DNA from: a virus
DNA: 64,000 nucleotides
IMG/VR virus record: IMGVR_UViG_3300037264_006630
Location: 64,001-128,000 of that record
Reading direction: 5' to 3' (one strand)
The notes under the pieces were generated by a model, which saw only the letters and a program-made list of their open reading frames with translations, made no database searches and was not told where the DNA came from. Shown here piece after piece: positions 1-8,313 of the stretch; within the stretch, counting starts at the first letter, position 1; every line of letters starts with the position of its first letter. A program made the position numbers and the translations under genes.

Positions 1-355
1 TGATGAGGTGGGTGTTGCAGGAGTCGACGTGGACGGAGAGGACTTCGGTGGTGACCGAGCCGAAGACGGCGCCCCCGATCCCGATGGCCTCGCCGATGCG
101 TCGCTGGACCTCGGGGTCGAGCTGCTCGAGCCGGGCTCGCTCCGCCTTGGCCGCCTCCCAGGCGACCCGCGCGGTCTCCCACTTGAGCACCTCGGCCGCA
201 CGCTCGGCGGCGACGCGGTGCCGCGGCTGGCACTTCGCGACGCAGAGGTAGCGACCGGCCTCCGGCATCCAGGGGGAGTCGGGGACGTGGCACTCTTGGC
301 AGGTGTCAGTGGAGTCGGCGAGGGCAGGATCGAAGGTGGCGGCGGACATGGTCAC
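1..355 (-). CDS. Hypothetical protein, runs off window edge (Cys-rich N-terminus)
   Basis: GTG at 355 overlaps the stop of 352..861; open frame MTMSAATFDP...CQECHVP...CVAKC to the edge. Confidence 0.6.
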   Translation of the reverse strand, partial: MTMSAATFDPALADSTDTCQECHVPDSPWMPEAGRYLCVAKCQPRHRVAAERAAEVLKWETARVAWEAAKAERARLEQLDPEVQRRIGEAIGIGGAVFGSVTTEVLSVHVDSCNTHLI

Positions 356-861
356 TCCGAGTCGGGGATGGCGGGGACGAGCAGCACGAGCTTGTGCAGG
401 TCGGGGAAGTTGAGACGCGAGCCGTACCAGTCCGGCTTCTTGGACTCGTTGTCGTGACGCAGCCACTGCTCCATGTAGGGGGCGCCGCGACCGTCGGTGC
501 GAATGCGGTAGGTGGTGGTCCAAGCGCCCTTCCGGTTCACCGCCCACATCGAGCCGTTGGCGAACTCGTGGCGGTCGATCACGTCGAGCAGCCGGAGCGG
601 CGCGGGCTGCTCGGTGGTGGCACTCGCGACCGGCGCCGGGGTGGGTTGAAGGCTCCGCTGGTGAACCTCCAGCGCGGTGGCGATCGCATCGAGGCAGGCC
701 CGGTCGTCGTTGTCGCGGCGCGTGGCCTGGTCGCTGCGCAGCCACGCCAACGCGATGCCGATGGCCTCGGCGCCGAAGACCTCGGCCAGCGCGATCACCT
801 CCAGCACGAGCTCGTAGAACCGGAGCGCGTTGCGTGTGGTGAGGTTGGGGATGGGCGTCAC
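352..861 (-). CDS. Hypothetical protein
   Basis: 169-aa ORF, start and stop overlap both neighbours. Confidence 0.7.
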   Translation of the reverse strand: MTPIPNLTTRNALRFYELVLEVIALAEVFGAEAIGIALAWLRSDQATRRDNDDRACLDAIATALEVHQRSLQPTPAPVASATTEQPAPLRLLDVIDRHEFANGSMWAVNRKGAWTTTYRIRTDGRGAPYMEQWLRHDNESKKPDWYGSRLNFPDLHKLVLLVPAIPDSE

Positions 862-1088
862 GGCCGGACCTCGACAGTGCCGACGATGGGGCCGTTGATG
901 GTGTGGCAGGGGATGAGCCCACGGACACCGGCCGCTTGCGCGGCGGCACGGCAGACCTCGCGGAGCTCGTCGTCGAAGGCGAACATGTCGGCCTCCTCCC
1001 GCGATAGGAGCACTCCGGGCATGCCGTTGGTGAGGACCCAGCGCCCATCGACGCGGGTCCAGTTGACGTTGACGACTTCGATCTTCAC
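858..1088 (-). CDS. Hypothetical protein
   Basis: GTG at 1088 overlaps upstream TGA; MKIEVVNVNW... Confidence 0.6.
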   Translation of the reverse strand: MKIEVVNVNWTRVDGRWVLTNGMPGVLLSREEADMFAFDDELREVCRAAAQAAGVRGLIPCHTINGPIVGTVEVRP

Positions 1089-1396
1089 GACGCCAGCACT
1101 TTCTCGATCGCCTCGGCCAGCGCGACGACGCGCGCGAGGATGGTGACCCGCTTGTGGGCGTACCCGATCGGCTCGTGGCCGTGCGAGAAGATCAGGGAGA
1201 CCTCCATCGGGCGCCCATCGCGGTCGTCGCCGATGCGCATCTCGATGAGCGTCACCCGCTCCAGCACCCACTTCACGAAGGTGGTGTGGCCGTTGGTCAG
1301 ACTGAGCCGGAGGTTGTCGCCCGGGTTCTGCGAGGCGCCACCATCGACGTCGATGAGCGCCAAGATCTGTTCGACTTGGGCGGGCGTCGGGTTCAC
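1085..1396 (-). CDS. Hypothetical protein
   Basis: GTG at 1396 overlaps upstream TGA; C-terminal helix resembles that of 1393..1770. Confidence 0.65.
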   Translation of the reverse strand: MNPTPAQVEQILALIDVDGGASQNPGDNLRLSLTNGHTTFVKWVLERVTLIEMRIGDDRDGRPMEVSLIFSHGHEPIGYAHKRVTILARVVALAEAIEKVLAS

Positions 1397-1770
1397 GCCA
1401 GCACCGCCTCGAGCGCGGCGGCGAGCGCGAGAACGATCTGGTGGAGCGCGGCGACCTTGACCAGCTCGGCGCGCGAGCCGGAGGCGTACATGAGGGTGAC
1501 CCCCACGCGGGGATTGTCGCGGGTGACCTCGGCCGGAGTGCGGAGGGTGATGGCGGCGTGGTCGGCCGTCTCGCACCAGACCGAGGCGTCGGACCGGTAG
1601 CGAACCTCGACACGCTCACCGCGCGCGAAGGCGTCACGCATCATCGCGGCGTCGATCAGTGCCCCGTTGTGGTCGTACAGCCAGGGCTCTTTGGCGAGGA
1701 GCAGCATCACGAGGTTGACCTGGTTGTCGGTCGGGACGGCGGACGCGATCGTGGGCTGCGGTGCGTTCAT
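1393..1770 (-). CDS. Hypothetical protein, probably leaderless
   Basis: ATG at 1770 lies inside the operator of a sigma70-type cassette; MNAPQP... Confidence 0.75.
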   Translation of the reverse strand: MNAPQPTIASAVPTDNQVNLVMLLLAKEPWLYDHNGALIDAAMMRDAFARGERVEVRYRSDASVWCETADHAAITLRTPAEVTRDNPRVGVTLMYASGSRAELVKVAALHQIVLALAAALEAVLA

Positions 1771-1806
1771 ACACACGTTGATACGCACGAAACGCGCGCT
1801 CGTCAA
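1766..1806 (-). promoter_or_regulatory. Sigma70-type promoter with 26-bp operator (1766-1791)
   Basis: TTGACG-N17-TATCAA; operator TTCGTGCGT-ATCAACGT-GTGTATGAA contains the start codon. Confidence 0.8.
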
Positions 1807-1824
1807 GCACCATGATCGACCGAG

Positions 1825-2103
1825 TTGCAGGGCCTCCGATCTGGTAGCGTCGTGCGCGTGAAGCCTGCCGGCTCGGTGTGCCGCCTGACCTACCAGACGC
1901 CCGAGGTGGTTGAGGTTGGCGACGCCATCGTGACCGCTACGACCGGCCGGGCCTACCTCGTGATCGCCGCCAGGCGGATGCGGTCGAAGAAGCCCGGGAT
2001 GTGGATGCTCGACTGCATCGTGGCCGACGAGCTGCCGCCGGATGGCGTTCGGGTTCACCCGCTGGTCTGGTGGAGCCGAGAGCGTAAGACGCCTCGCCGG
2101 TGA
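1825..2103 (+). CDS. Hypothetical protein (start uncertain)
   Basis: Isolated plus-strand ORF with GC3-rich core EVGDAIVTATTGRAYLVIAARR. Confidence 0.45.
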   Translation: MQGLRSGSVVRVKPAGSVCRLTYQTPEVVEVGDAIVTATTGRAYLVIAARRMRSKKPGMWMLDCIVADELPPDGVRVHPLVWWSRERKTPRR

Positions 2104-2373
2104 CCACCCGATGCGCGCCTGCGCCCCGCGCATTCCCGCCACGCCGTGACTTCCGGGCACGGCCCGAATGTGCTATCTGGGCGACCCTCCGTTCACCCTG
2201 CTGGCATGAGTGGAGCAGGGAGCAGCGCCATGGACCACCGCACCGAGGACGAGAACACCCTGCCGCGCTCGGCGGCGCCGCGATCAGATGGCCAGCGGCT
2301 GGAGGCCAAGAGCGGCTTGCGGCGGCGCCTGCGGCGGACGACCCTCGGCGTCCTGCTCCGCAGCGACGAGGCG

Positions 2374-3441
2374 CTACGCGCGCTTCTCGAGGCTCTGCGC
2401 TGATGCCCCGTGGCCTTCGCCGCACTTGTTGACATCGACGCCCGCTGGCCAGCCGCTCCGCCAGAAGACCGGTGGCCGGGCGCCGGGGGCCTCGCAGCGG
2501 TCGCTCAGGAGCATCAGGTTGTGGCACAGGCACATGAGGACGAGCTCGTTCATCTGGCTCGTGAGCATCCGCGACATGAAGGCGTGGCCGAGGTGCCGCT
2601 TGATCTTGCTGACCGTTGGCCCGTCTCCGCACGCCGTCGACTGCGTGGTTGCGGCCAAGGCGACGATGACCCCGGTCCGGTCGCAGATCTCCAGGGTCAC
2701 CTCCACCCAGGTCTTCTTGTGGTAGTCCCGCTGGAAGGCGCCGCGTTCGATCCGCGTGTAGTCCCGCTCGTCTCGTTGCACCGCGGCCGATTCGGCGAGG
2801 AGTGCGGTGAAGACCGGAGTCATGTCCTCGCCAGCCAAGTAGCGCTCGTAGGCCGTGTGGCCCAGCGGGCGCCAGCCGCGCGGACGGAGGTTGATCGCTT
2901 CGATCGCCATCTCCCGGCCGCTCAGGCGCATGTACACTCGCGCTCCAACCAAGTAGACGATCTCGGCCGGGGGCACGCGAGGGCGTCCGCGCTTGGCGGG
3001 TGCCTTGGGGATGCCAGCGCAGAGATGCTCCATCAGGCCGAGAACCGTAGCGTCGTCGGCGGTGAGGGGGCCGTAGACGGTGTCCCGGGCCGGGGCGCTG
3101 GGGAGCGTTGGTGCCGCATCGGCCGAGGGTGGGGCATGGAACAGATGCGCGTGCTCGGGACGGATCGGCTCGTCACCCTCGCTCTCGGCCGACGCGGCGA
3201 TGAAGTCGAGGATCGCATCGAAGCGGGCCAGCGCCAGCCGGCCTCGCTCACTCTCGTCGTTCAGTACGCCATCGCGCATGTGGACCAGCGAGATGATCGT
3301 GTCGCGCGTGATCCCCTGCTCGGGCTCCGGGTCGCGAGCGACGTAGCCGCGCCGCTGGAGCTCGGCAAGGATCTCCTCCTCGGTCATGGGACCGGAGTCC
3401 TGCACGACGCGGAGGATGTGTTCCTGGAGTGACGCTGCCAT
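2374..3441 (-). CDS. Transposase-derived protein (IS4/IS5-like ends, catalytic core apparently deleted) with N-terminal winged-HTH-like segment
   Basis: HLCAGIP..KRGRPRVP..IVY, YHKK, and SKIKRHLGHAFMSR..SQMNELVLMCLCHNL match DDE transposase termini; no DSSGF or ADKAY-type Asp motifs; ATG overlaps upstream stop. Confidence 0.65.
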   Translation of the reverse strand: MAASLQEHILRVVQDSGPMTEEEILAELQRRGYVARDPEPEQGITRDTIISLVHMRDGVLNDESERGRLALARFDAILDFIAASAESEGDEPIRPEHAHLFHAPPSADAAPTLPSAPARDTVYGPLTADDATVLGLMEHLCAGIPKAPAKRGRPRVPPAEIVYLVGARVYMRLSGREMAIEAINLRPRGWRPLGHTAYERYLAGEDMTPVFTALLAESAAVQRDERDYTRIERGAFQRDYHKKTWVEVTLEICDRTGVIVALAATTQSTACGDGPTVSKIKRHLGHAFMSRMLTSQMNELVLMCLCHNLMLLSDRCEAPGARPPVFWRSGWPAGVDVNKCGEGHGASAQSLEKRA

Positions 3442-3623
3442 CAGGCCCTCATGCCGGTGATGAAGTCGACCCGCAGGGAGCCGCGGCTGGCAACCACCCA
3501 GGGCTTCGCGCCCGGCCGGAGCCAGAGGAACCAGTGCGAGGTGGTGAGGCCGGCGAGCTCGGCGCGCGCGACGACCTCGAGCGCCTTGCGGTAGATGAAC
3601 GGCCGGTGCCAGCGCGGGCTCAC
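3441..3623 (-). CDS. Hypothetical protein
   Basis: GTG overlaps upstream TGA; its TGA overlaps the next ATG. Confidence 0.55.
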   Translation of the reverse strand: MSPRWHRPFIYRKALEVVARAELAGLTTSHWFLWLRPGAKPWVVASRGSLRVDFITGMRA

Positions 3624-3892
3624 ACCACGCAGTCCCGGTGCCGGCGCACGAACGCCGCGAGGATGTAGCGCCGGAGGAGTCGCCCGGGGTCGTTGTCGGG
3701 AGCGGCCAGCGTGCTGGCGACCCCGCAGGTGCAGAGCCACCCGCGCTCCGTCACCCGGACGTGGCCGAGCTTGGTCTCCTCGCGCATGCGCGCGAGGATG
3801 AGGGCGGGCTGGGTGTTGGCGAAGATGCCAGCGTTCCCGATCTTGGCGTCGTCGCGTTCGCGCCGCGTGGGACCGCGACGATGGTCGGTCAC
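3620..3892 (-). CDS. Hypothetical protein (CxC...HxxC possible metal site)
   Basis: GTG at 3892 overlaps the LuxR stop. Confidence 0.6.
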   Translation of the reverse strand: MTDHRRGPTRRERDDAKIGNAGIFANTQPALILARMREETKLGHVRVTERGWLCTCGVASTLAAPDNDPGRLLRRYILAAFVRRHRDCVV

Positions 3893-4179
3893 GTCCCGCG
3901 CACGACGCCGCCATCCGGCGTCCAGCGGTCGGCCTGCGCGATCTCGCCGGAGCGCAGCGCCAGACGCGCGAGGTCGGCGTTGTTGCGGATGCCGAACGAC
4001 TTCGTCTTCTGCAAGACGTGGCCGCGGTGGGTGTCGACCGTCTTGACGGAGGTGCCGAGCCACTGGCCGATCTCCCGGTTGGTGGCGCCCAGCGCCAGGG
4101 CCAGGAAGACCTCGTGCTCGCGCTGGGACAGGGTGCCGATGGCTTCGAGCTCGGTGGTGGGCGGGGTGCGCTTCTTCAT
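3889..4179 (-). CDS. Stand-alone LuxR/GerE-type HTH protein
   Basis: LSQREHEVFLALALGATNREIGQWLGTSVKTVDTHRGHVLQK...RNNADLARLAL is a textbook LuxR C-terminal HTH; no receiver domain. Confidence 0.88.
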   Translation of the reverse strand: MKKRTPPTTELEAIGTLSQREHEVFLALALGATNREIGQWLGTSVKTVDTHRGHVLQKTKSFGIRNNADLARLALRSGEIAQADRWTPDGGVVRGT

Positions 4180-4233
4180 CTTCGGTTCCTCGGTCTTGGT
4201 GATGTCGGTGGTTATTAGGTCGGAGACGATCGG

Positions 4234-5685
4234 TCAGGCCCGCGACTGGAAGAACGCGGGGTCGCGTCGGGCGAGGTCCATGCCGAGCGCGCCGAGCTTG
4301 GTGGCCATGTCGTGGTAGCCGCTCTCGAGGTGGTGCCCTCCCTCGTGCGCCATCTCGTGGATGAGCAGGTCGTCGACCTCGACGCAGGGGCCGTGCTGGA
4401 ACCATGTCGACCCGAGCTTGCTGCGGTTGAGGGTGAGCACCGGCACCTTGCCGCGCAGCCATGTCGCGGCGGACGAGAGGTTGGGGCCGTCGATGACACG
4501 GACCCGGATGTGGAGGTCGAGCAGGCGCGAGGCCAGCGCGGAGGCGTAGCCGACCGCGCGCTGGTAGTGCTCGGGCAGGTCGTCGAACGGGATGGTGGTG
4601 TAGTCGTCGCTGGGCTTGGGGCTGGGGAAGACCTGGCCGGCGGGCTTGGCGAGCTCGTGCGCCTTGATCTTCGCCCACGTCGCGCCGGCCTCGGCGCCGC
4701 CGCGGATGGTCGCGTAGCCGGCCGCCACCGCCTTGTGGTTGGCTTCGGGGTCGGAGGCGTCGAAGATGACGCGCTTGTCGCCGTACTTCGCGTCGAGGTA
4801 CTTGTCCACGGCCTCCGCGGTCACGGCATCGTGCTGCACCGCCTCCGCCACCCATGGCGCGGTGAAGTCCTTGGGCGACATCTCCTTGGCGACCTGGTTG
4901 AGGACCAGGGTCTGCACCTTGACCACGTAGGCCGGCGCCACCGCGTCGCGGTCGAGCCCCTGGGGCAGCTTCTGGCACACGTCGATCGTCCAGCCGCCGT
5001 CGATCTCCGTGACCGGGATGCCCAGCTCGCAGAGCCACGCTTGGCCCTCGGCCGTGTGGACGTTGACCGCGGTCGAGCGGTCGCGGCGCGTGAGCCGCCC
5101 GGCACCGTCGGTCACCTCGGTCTGGAGCCGGGCCTCGAAGAGATGACGCGGCTCGCGGTAGGGGACGACCAGGGCCGGTTCGTCGTCGATGCGGATCGTG
5201 AGGGTCACGTCCATGGGCACGAGCAGGATGGCGAGCCGGGCCTGGACGTCGCGCAGCTCGGCGCGGGTCATGGGCATGCGGCCCGTGAAGGCCGACCCGA
5301 CCTCGGTCTTCCGGGTGAGGCGCCTGCGGCCGTCCTTGTTGAAGCCGAATCCGCCCTTGGTGCTGATCACCGTGGCCTCTTCGCAGAGCGCCAGGACCAT
5401 CTTGCAGCCGGCGTTGAACCGGCCGCGCTTCTCGGGGTCGTCGCCGCGCAAGCTGGTGGCGAACAGGGTGTGGATGTCCGACAGCCGCTGGAAGCCCTGC
5501 GGGTCGTCGTCCGTGACAGTGAGCCAGACCTGGGGCACGCCGGTGATCGCGGTGATCTCCACCGAGACGTTCTGGGCCTTGGTGTCGAGCGCGTTCTGGA
5601 TGAGCTCGTAGAGCGCCCACGCGCGCCCGCGGCGCTCGAGCAGGCGGGCCAGTCCTTCGCGGTCGGTGTCGAACCAGTCGTTCAT
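4234..5685 (-). CDS. GHKL (Hsp90/MORC-like) ATPase with C-terminal HExxH motif
   Basis: ELIQNALD (N-box), VTDDDPQGF (G1), KRGRFNAGCK (G2); LLIHEMAH near the C-terminus. Confidence 0.8.
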   Translation of the reverse strand: MNDWFDTDREGLARLLERRGRAWALYELIQNALDTKAQNVSVEITAITGVPQVWLTVTDDDPQGFQRLSDIHTLFATSLRGDDPEKRGRFNAGCKMVLALCEEATVISTKGGFGFNKDGRRRLTRKTEVGSAFTGRMPMTRAELRDVQARLAILLVPMDVTLTIRIDDEPALVVPYREPRHLFEARLQTEVTDGAGRLTRRDRSTAVNVHTAEGQAWLCELGIPVTEIDGGWTIDVCQKLPQGLDRDAVAPAYVVKVQTLVLNQVAKEMSPKDFTAPWVAEAVQHDAVTAEAVDKYLDAKYGDKRVIFDASDPEANHKAVAAGYATIRGGAEAGATWAKIKAHELAKPAGQVFPSPKPSDDYTTIPFDDLPEHYQRAVGYASALASRLLDLHIRVRVIDGPNLSSAATWLRGKVPVLTLNRSKLGSTWFQHGPCVEVDDLLIHEMAHEGGHHLESGYHDMATKLGALGMDLARRDPAFFQSRA

Positions 5686-5711
5686 TGGCGTCTCGTTTCG
5701 TGGGGGTGGGG

Positions 5712-6011
5712 TCAGTGGTACATGCCGAGGACGGCGATGACCGCGAGGAGTTGATGTTGCAGGCACGCGTCATCGCGGTCGAAGTCGGCTCGCAACTGCA
5801 CGGCGATGGCTTCGGTGGCGCAGGGGACGAGCACCTCGTACTCATTGACGATGATCTCGCTGGTGTCGTAGCGGCGGGAGTAGGGATGGACGCAGGCTGC
5901 CAGCGCGTGCGCCGCCTGCATGTTGCCGATGCGCTTGCTGCCCGTGATGCGGACCGCGACACGATGGCCGGCCCCCTCGCGACGATCGATCGTGGTCTGG
6001 ATGAAGATCAT
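5712..6011 (-). CDS. Hypothetical protein
   Basis: 99-aa ORF, weakly similar to 6008..6313. Confidence 0.65.
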   Translation of the reverse strand: MIFIQTTIDRREGAGHRVAVRITGSKRIGNMQAAHALAACVHPYSRRYDTSEIIVNEYEVLVPCATEAIAVQLRADFDRDDACLQHQLLAVIAVLGMYH

Positions 6012-6313
6012 GGCGGGTACGCTCCGAGGACGGTGAGGAGCGCGCCGAGGGTGGCGACGTGCTTGGTGGTGTCGGCGTTGAAGCGGTCGACGAACTCGTG
6101 GGCGCCGCCCATCGTCGTCTGCATCGAGTAGAGCAGGACCGCGACTCGACCGATCTCCACGATGACGTTCGACGAGAACCGGCGCAGGTCGTCGAAGACG
6201 ATCGTCGCGACCAGATGCGCAGCGATCCCCGGGACTCCGGTGCCGGCGATGTCGAGACAGATGGCCGAGTGCCCGTAGTCCCCGTGGTTGATGGAGGCGC
6301 GGATGGTGATCAC
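6008..6313 (-). CDS. Hypothetical protein
   Basis: GTG at 6313 overlaps upstream TGA. Confidence 0.65.
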   Translation of the reverse strand: MITIRASINHGDYGHSAICLDIAGTGVPGIAAHLVATIVFDDLRRFSSNVIVEIGRVAVLLYSMQTTMGGAHEFVDRFNADTTKHVATLGALLTVLGAYPP

Positions 6314-6474
6314 CGCGGCCCCCGCAGCCTCTCGCGCACGAGCAGCACCAGCGCGGGCGTGCAGGCGGCGAGCGCGAAGACCAGCGGCCAGCCGTCGATC
6401 TCGCGGGACAGTCCGACCGGCAACAGGGCCAGCGGCACGACCGCGAGCACGAGCCAGCGCCGACGCGGCATCAC
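6310..6474 (-). CDS. Small membrane protein
   Basis: 54 aa, two hydrophobic stretches (WLVLAVVPLALLPVGL; WPLVFALAACTPALVLLV); overlaps both neighbours. Confidence 0.6.
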   Translation of the reverse strand: MMPRRRWLVLAVVPLALLPVGLSREIDGWPLVFALAACTPALVLLVRERLRGPR

Positions 6475-7067
6475 GAGCTACCTCCGCTGGTGACACGCTG
6501 CCAGTCCTCGATGGGCACCAGGATCCCCTGGAAATGGGGCGTGTGGTTCCAGGGGGAGTCGCGAAGTTGCTCCCAGGCGGTGGCCGTCTTCGTCCACAGC
6601 AGGGGGTGGCTCTTCGGGTCGATGAGCGCCGTCCGGTAGGTGCGGCCTCGATCGCCCGTGTACTCGACCCCCATGGAGCCGCTCCCGAAGAGCGGGTGGT
6701 TGAGGAGCTGATGGAGTGCGCCGGAGATCCGGGCGACTGCCCCATGGGGCTGCGTCTGGTTGCACGCGTAGGCGGCGATGACCAGGGCTTGAACCAGGAG
6801 CGCCGGCTGGAGCCCGTCGATGGCGTCCTGGAGATCGCGCGCGGCGCGGTGCGAATCGCACTCGATGAGCAGGTCGCCGCCGCCGTTGACCCGACGCGGG
6901 AAGCGCTTCGGGAAGCCGTTGCCGTCCTGGGCGTCCATGGCCGGCGCGATCGCGGCGACGATGAAGGCGGCGAGTTGCGTGGAGGCGACGTGATCGAAGC
7001 CCTCGCTGATGACCACTACCTGCGGCACGTCCTGGTGCGTGCAGGCGTAGACCCGCTGCGGCTTCAC
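6471..7067 (-). CDS. Hypothetical protein
   Basis: GTG at 7067 overlaps upstream TGA; 198 aa. Confidence 0.7.
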   Translation of the reverse strand: MKPQRVYACTHQDVPQVVVISEGFDHVASTQLAAFIVAAIAPAMDAQDGNGFPKRFPRRVNGGGDLLIECDSHRAARDLQDAIDGLQPALLVQALVIAAYACNQTQPHGAVARISGALHQLLNHPLFGSGSMGVEYTGDRGRTYRTALIDPKSHPLLWTKTATAWEQLRDSPWNHTPHFQGILVPIEDWQRVTSGGSS

Positions 7068-7369
7068 GACGCGCACCCGAGGACTGCGAGGGCGGCGCGC
7101 ACGTAGTCGGCGAACGACGGGATGGCGTTGATGACGGCGGCGATCTCCTTGGCGTGCTCGTGGCTCTTGCACTTGATGAGCACGTTCTTGGTGTCGGCCG
7201 GAATGACTGGCTCCTCCACGCCGCTGAGGTGATGTACGGTGCGCCAGACGCCGGCGGCGACGGCGTGGGCGGCGACGGCGCGCGGAACGCCGATCCCGAC
7301 CAGGTTGTCGTGGGTGATGAACACGCCGCTGCCGAGCGCGATGGCTTCGATGCGGGGGCGCGTCGTCAC
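7064..7369 (-). CDS. Hypothetical protein
   Basis: 101-aa ORF; GTG overlaps the stop of a leader micro-ORF. Confidence 0.7.
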   Translation of the reverse strand: MTTRPRIEAIALGSGVFITHDNLVGIGVPRAVAAHAVAAGVWRTVHHLSGVEEPVIPADTKNVLIKCKSHEHAKEIAAVINAIPSFADYVRAALAVLGCAS

Positions 7370-7398
7370 GGGGACGCCTCGGGCTGCGTTGGTTTCAT
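7366..7398 (-). CDS. Leader micro-ORF MKPTQPEASP
   Basis: Starts at the operator-embedded ATG; its TGA overlaps the GTG of 7064..7369. Confidence 0.5.
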   Translation of the reverse strand: MKPTQPEASP

Positions 7399-7434
7399 GC
7401 GCTTCATCGTACGCACGAAGCCGTGCGAGGTCAA
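7394..7434 (-). promoter_or_regulatory. Sigma70-type promoter with 26-bp operator (7394-7419)
   Basis: TTGACC-N17-TACGAT; TTCGTGCGT-ACGATGAA-GCGCATGAA. Confidence 0.8.
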
Positions 7435-7459
7435 GAGGTTTACTCAGGCTTCCCGGCGA

Positions 7460-7636
7460 TCAGGTGAGGTAGCCGCCGCGGAAGTCGACGGGGGCGCCCT
7501 CGGGGTCGATGCGCTCGGCGCGCCGGCGCAGGCGGGTGACAGCGTGCTTGGCGGTGCGGCGGCGACGCGCGGCCTTCTTCGAGGTGCGGGCGATGAGACG
7601 GGTGGCAGCGGCGATGGACTCGGGCTTGAGGGCCAT
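7460..7636 (-). CDS. Small basic hypothetical protein
   Basis: 58 aa, Arg/Lys-rich, GAGGA upstream of the ATG. Confidence 0.6.
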   Translation of the reverse strand: MALKPESIAAATRLIARTSKKAARRRRTAKHAVTRLRRRAERIDPEGAPVDFRGGYLT

Positions 7637-7662
7637 GGCGTTTCCTCGGGTGCGACGGGTGG

Positions 7663-7956
7663 TCAGCGGGGGACGGTGTGGCTGGCGATGAAGTCGCTGG
7701 CGATGATGCGGAGGGCCTCGTCCACCAGTGCGGCGATGTTGGTGCAGATCCACCGCTGGCCGAAGTCGATGTAGATGCCGTTCTTGAGGTCGGCCTCCAT
7801 CAAGGTCTTGAGGCACCACGACCCTGCGGTATCGTCGATCTTGAGCCCCGGGCCGCCGCCGAATCGGTCAGCGGTGATCTGGGCGGTGTGCTCGTACTTG
7901 CCGCGGGTGTCCGCGCAGTGGGCGACGGTGGTGAGCTTGAAGGGGAGGGTCAGCAT
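7663..7956 (-). CDS. Hypothetical protein (may extend in frame to ATG 8133)
   Basis: AGGA-preceded ATG at 7956; the promoter-proximal ATG at 8133 is in frame. Confidence 0.65.
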   Translation of the reverse strand: MLTLPFKLTTVAHCADTRGKYEHTAQITADRFGGGPGLKIDDTAGSWCLKTLMEADLKNGIYIDFGQRWICTNIAALVDEALRIIASDFIASHTVPR

Positions 7957-8130
7957 GGTCGTCGTCCTGGGTGCGGGGTCGTGGCCGGGTCGCGGGGCGG
8001 TATCTTTCCTCGGTCCGTCGGGGGCGACCCTGTGCAGAGCACCTGGGCGGTGATGCGGGATCCTCGTTCCCCCGACGGCCGCTCGACAGAGCCTCTGGGC
8101 GAGGATGCCGAGTACCGCCCGCCGCCCGTC

Positions 8131-8233
8131 CATGTCCGAGTGATAGAGCACGTCGCGTGCCGATTCGTGCGCTCGTCGAAGTGTGCGAACCGGCTAGGAC
8201 GGCCACGGTCCGGAGTGTCGCTGGCGACGACAA
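8131..8233 (-). promoter_or_regulatory. Sigma54-type cassette A
   Basis: CGGCACG-CGAC-GTGCT (8162-8147), operator 8164-8189, palindrome 8215-8233, ATG 8133. Confidence 0.75.
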
Positions 8234-8294
8234 AATCGGTGGCCCCGAGACGGTGGCGGCTCGATTGTCGTTCGATGCCGGATGGTTAGCCTCG

Positions 8295-8313
8295 GTGTCG
8301 CCGCCGACGACAG
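8295..8313. repeat. Distal 19-bp palindrome of cassette A
   Basis: GTGTCGCCG-C-CGACGACAG, centre 80 bp from the proximal copy. Confidence 0.7.

Noticed and set aside
2155-2175. Additional sigma54-like site CGGCCCG-AATG-TGCT
   Set aside because: GG-GC spacing is one base short and there is no operator or palindrome.
2374-3441. Active insertion sequence
   Set aside because: Catalytic Asp motifs are missing, no terminal inverted repeats or target duplication were found, and the gene is coupled into an operon.
3620-5962. 780-aa ORF, and similar long Arg/Pro/Gly-rich ORFs such as 28681..30576, 43254..44891 and 60979..62841
   Set aside because: Shadow frames of real high-GC genes; they overlap motif-bearing CDSs and have no recognisable motifs.
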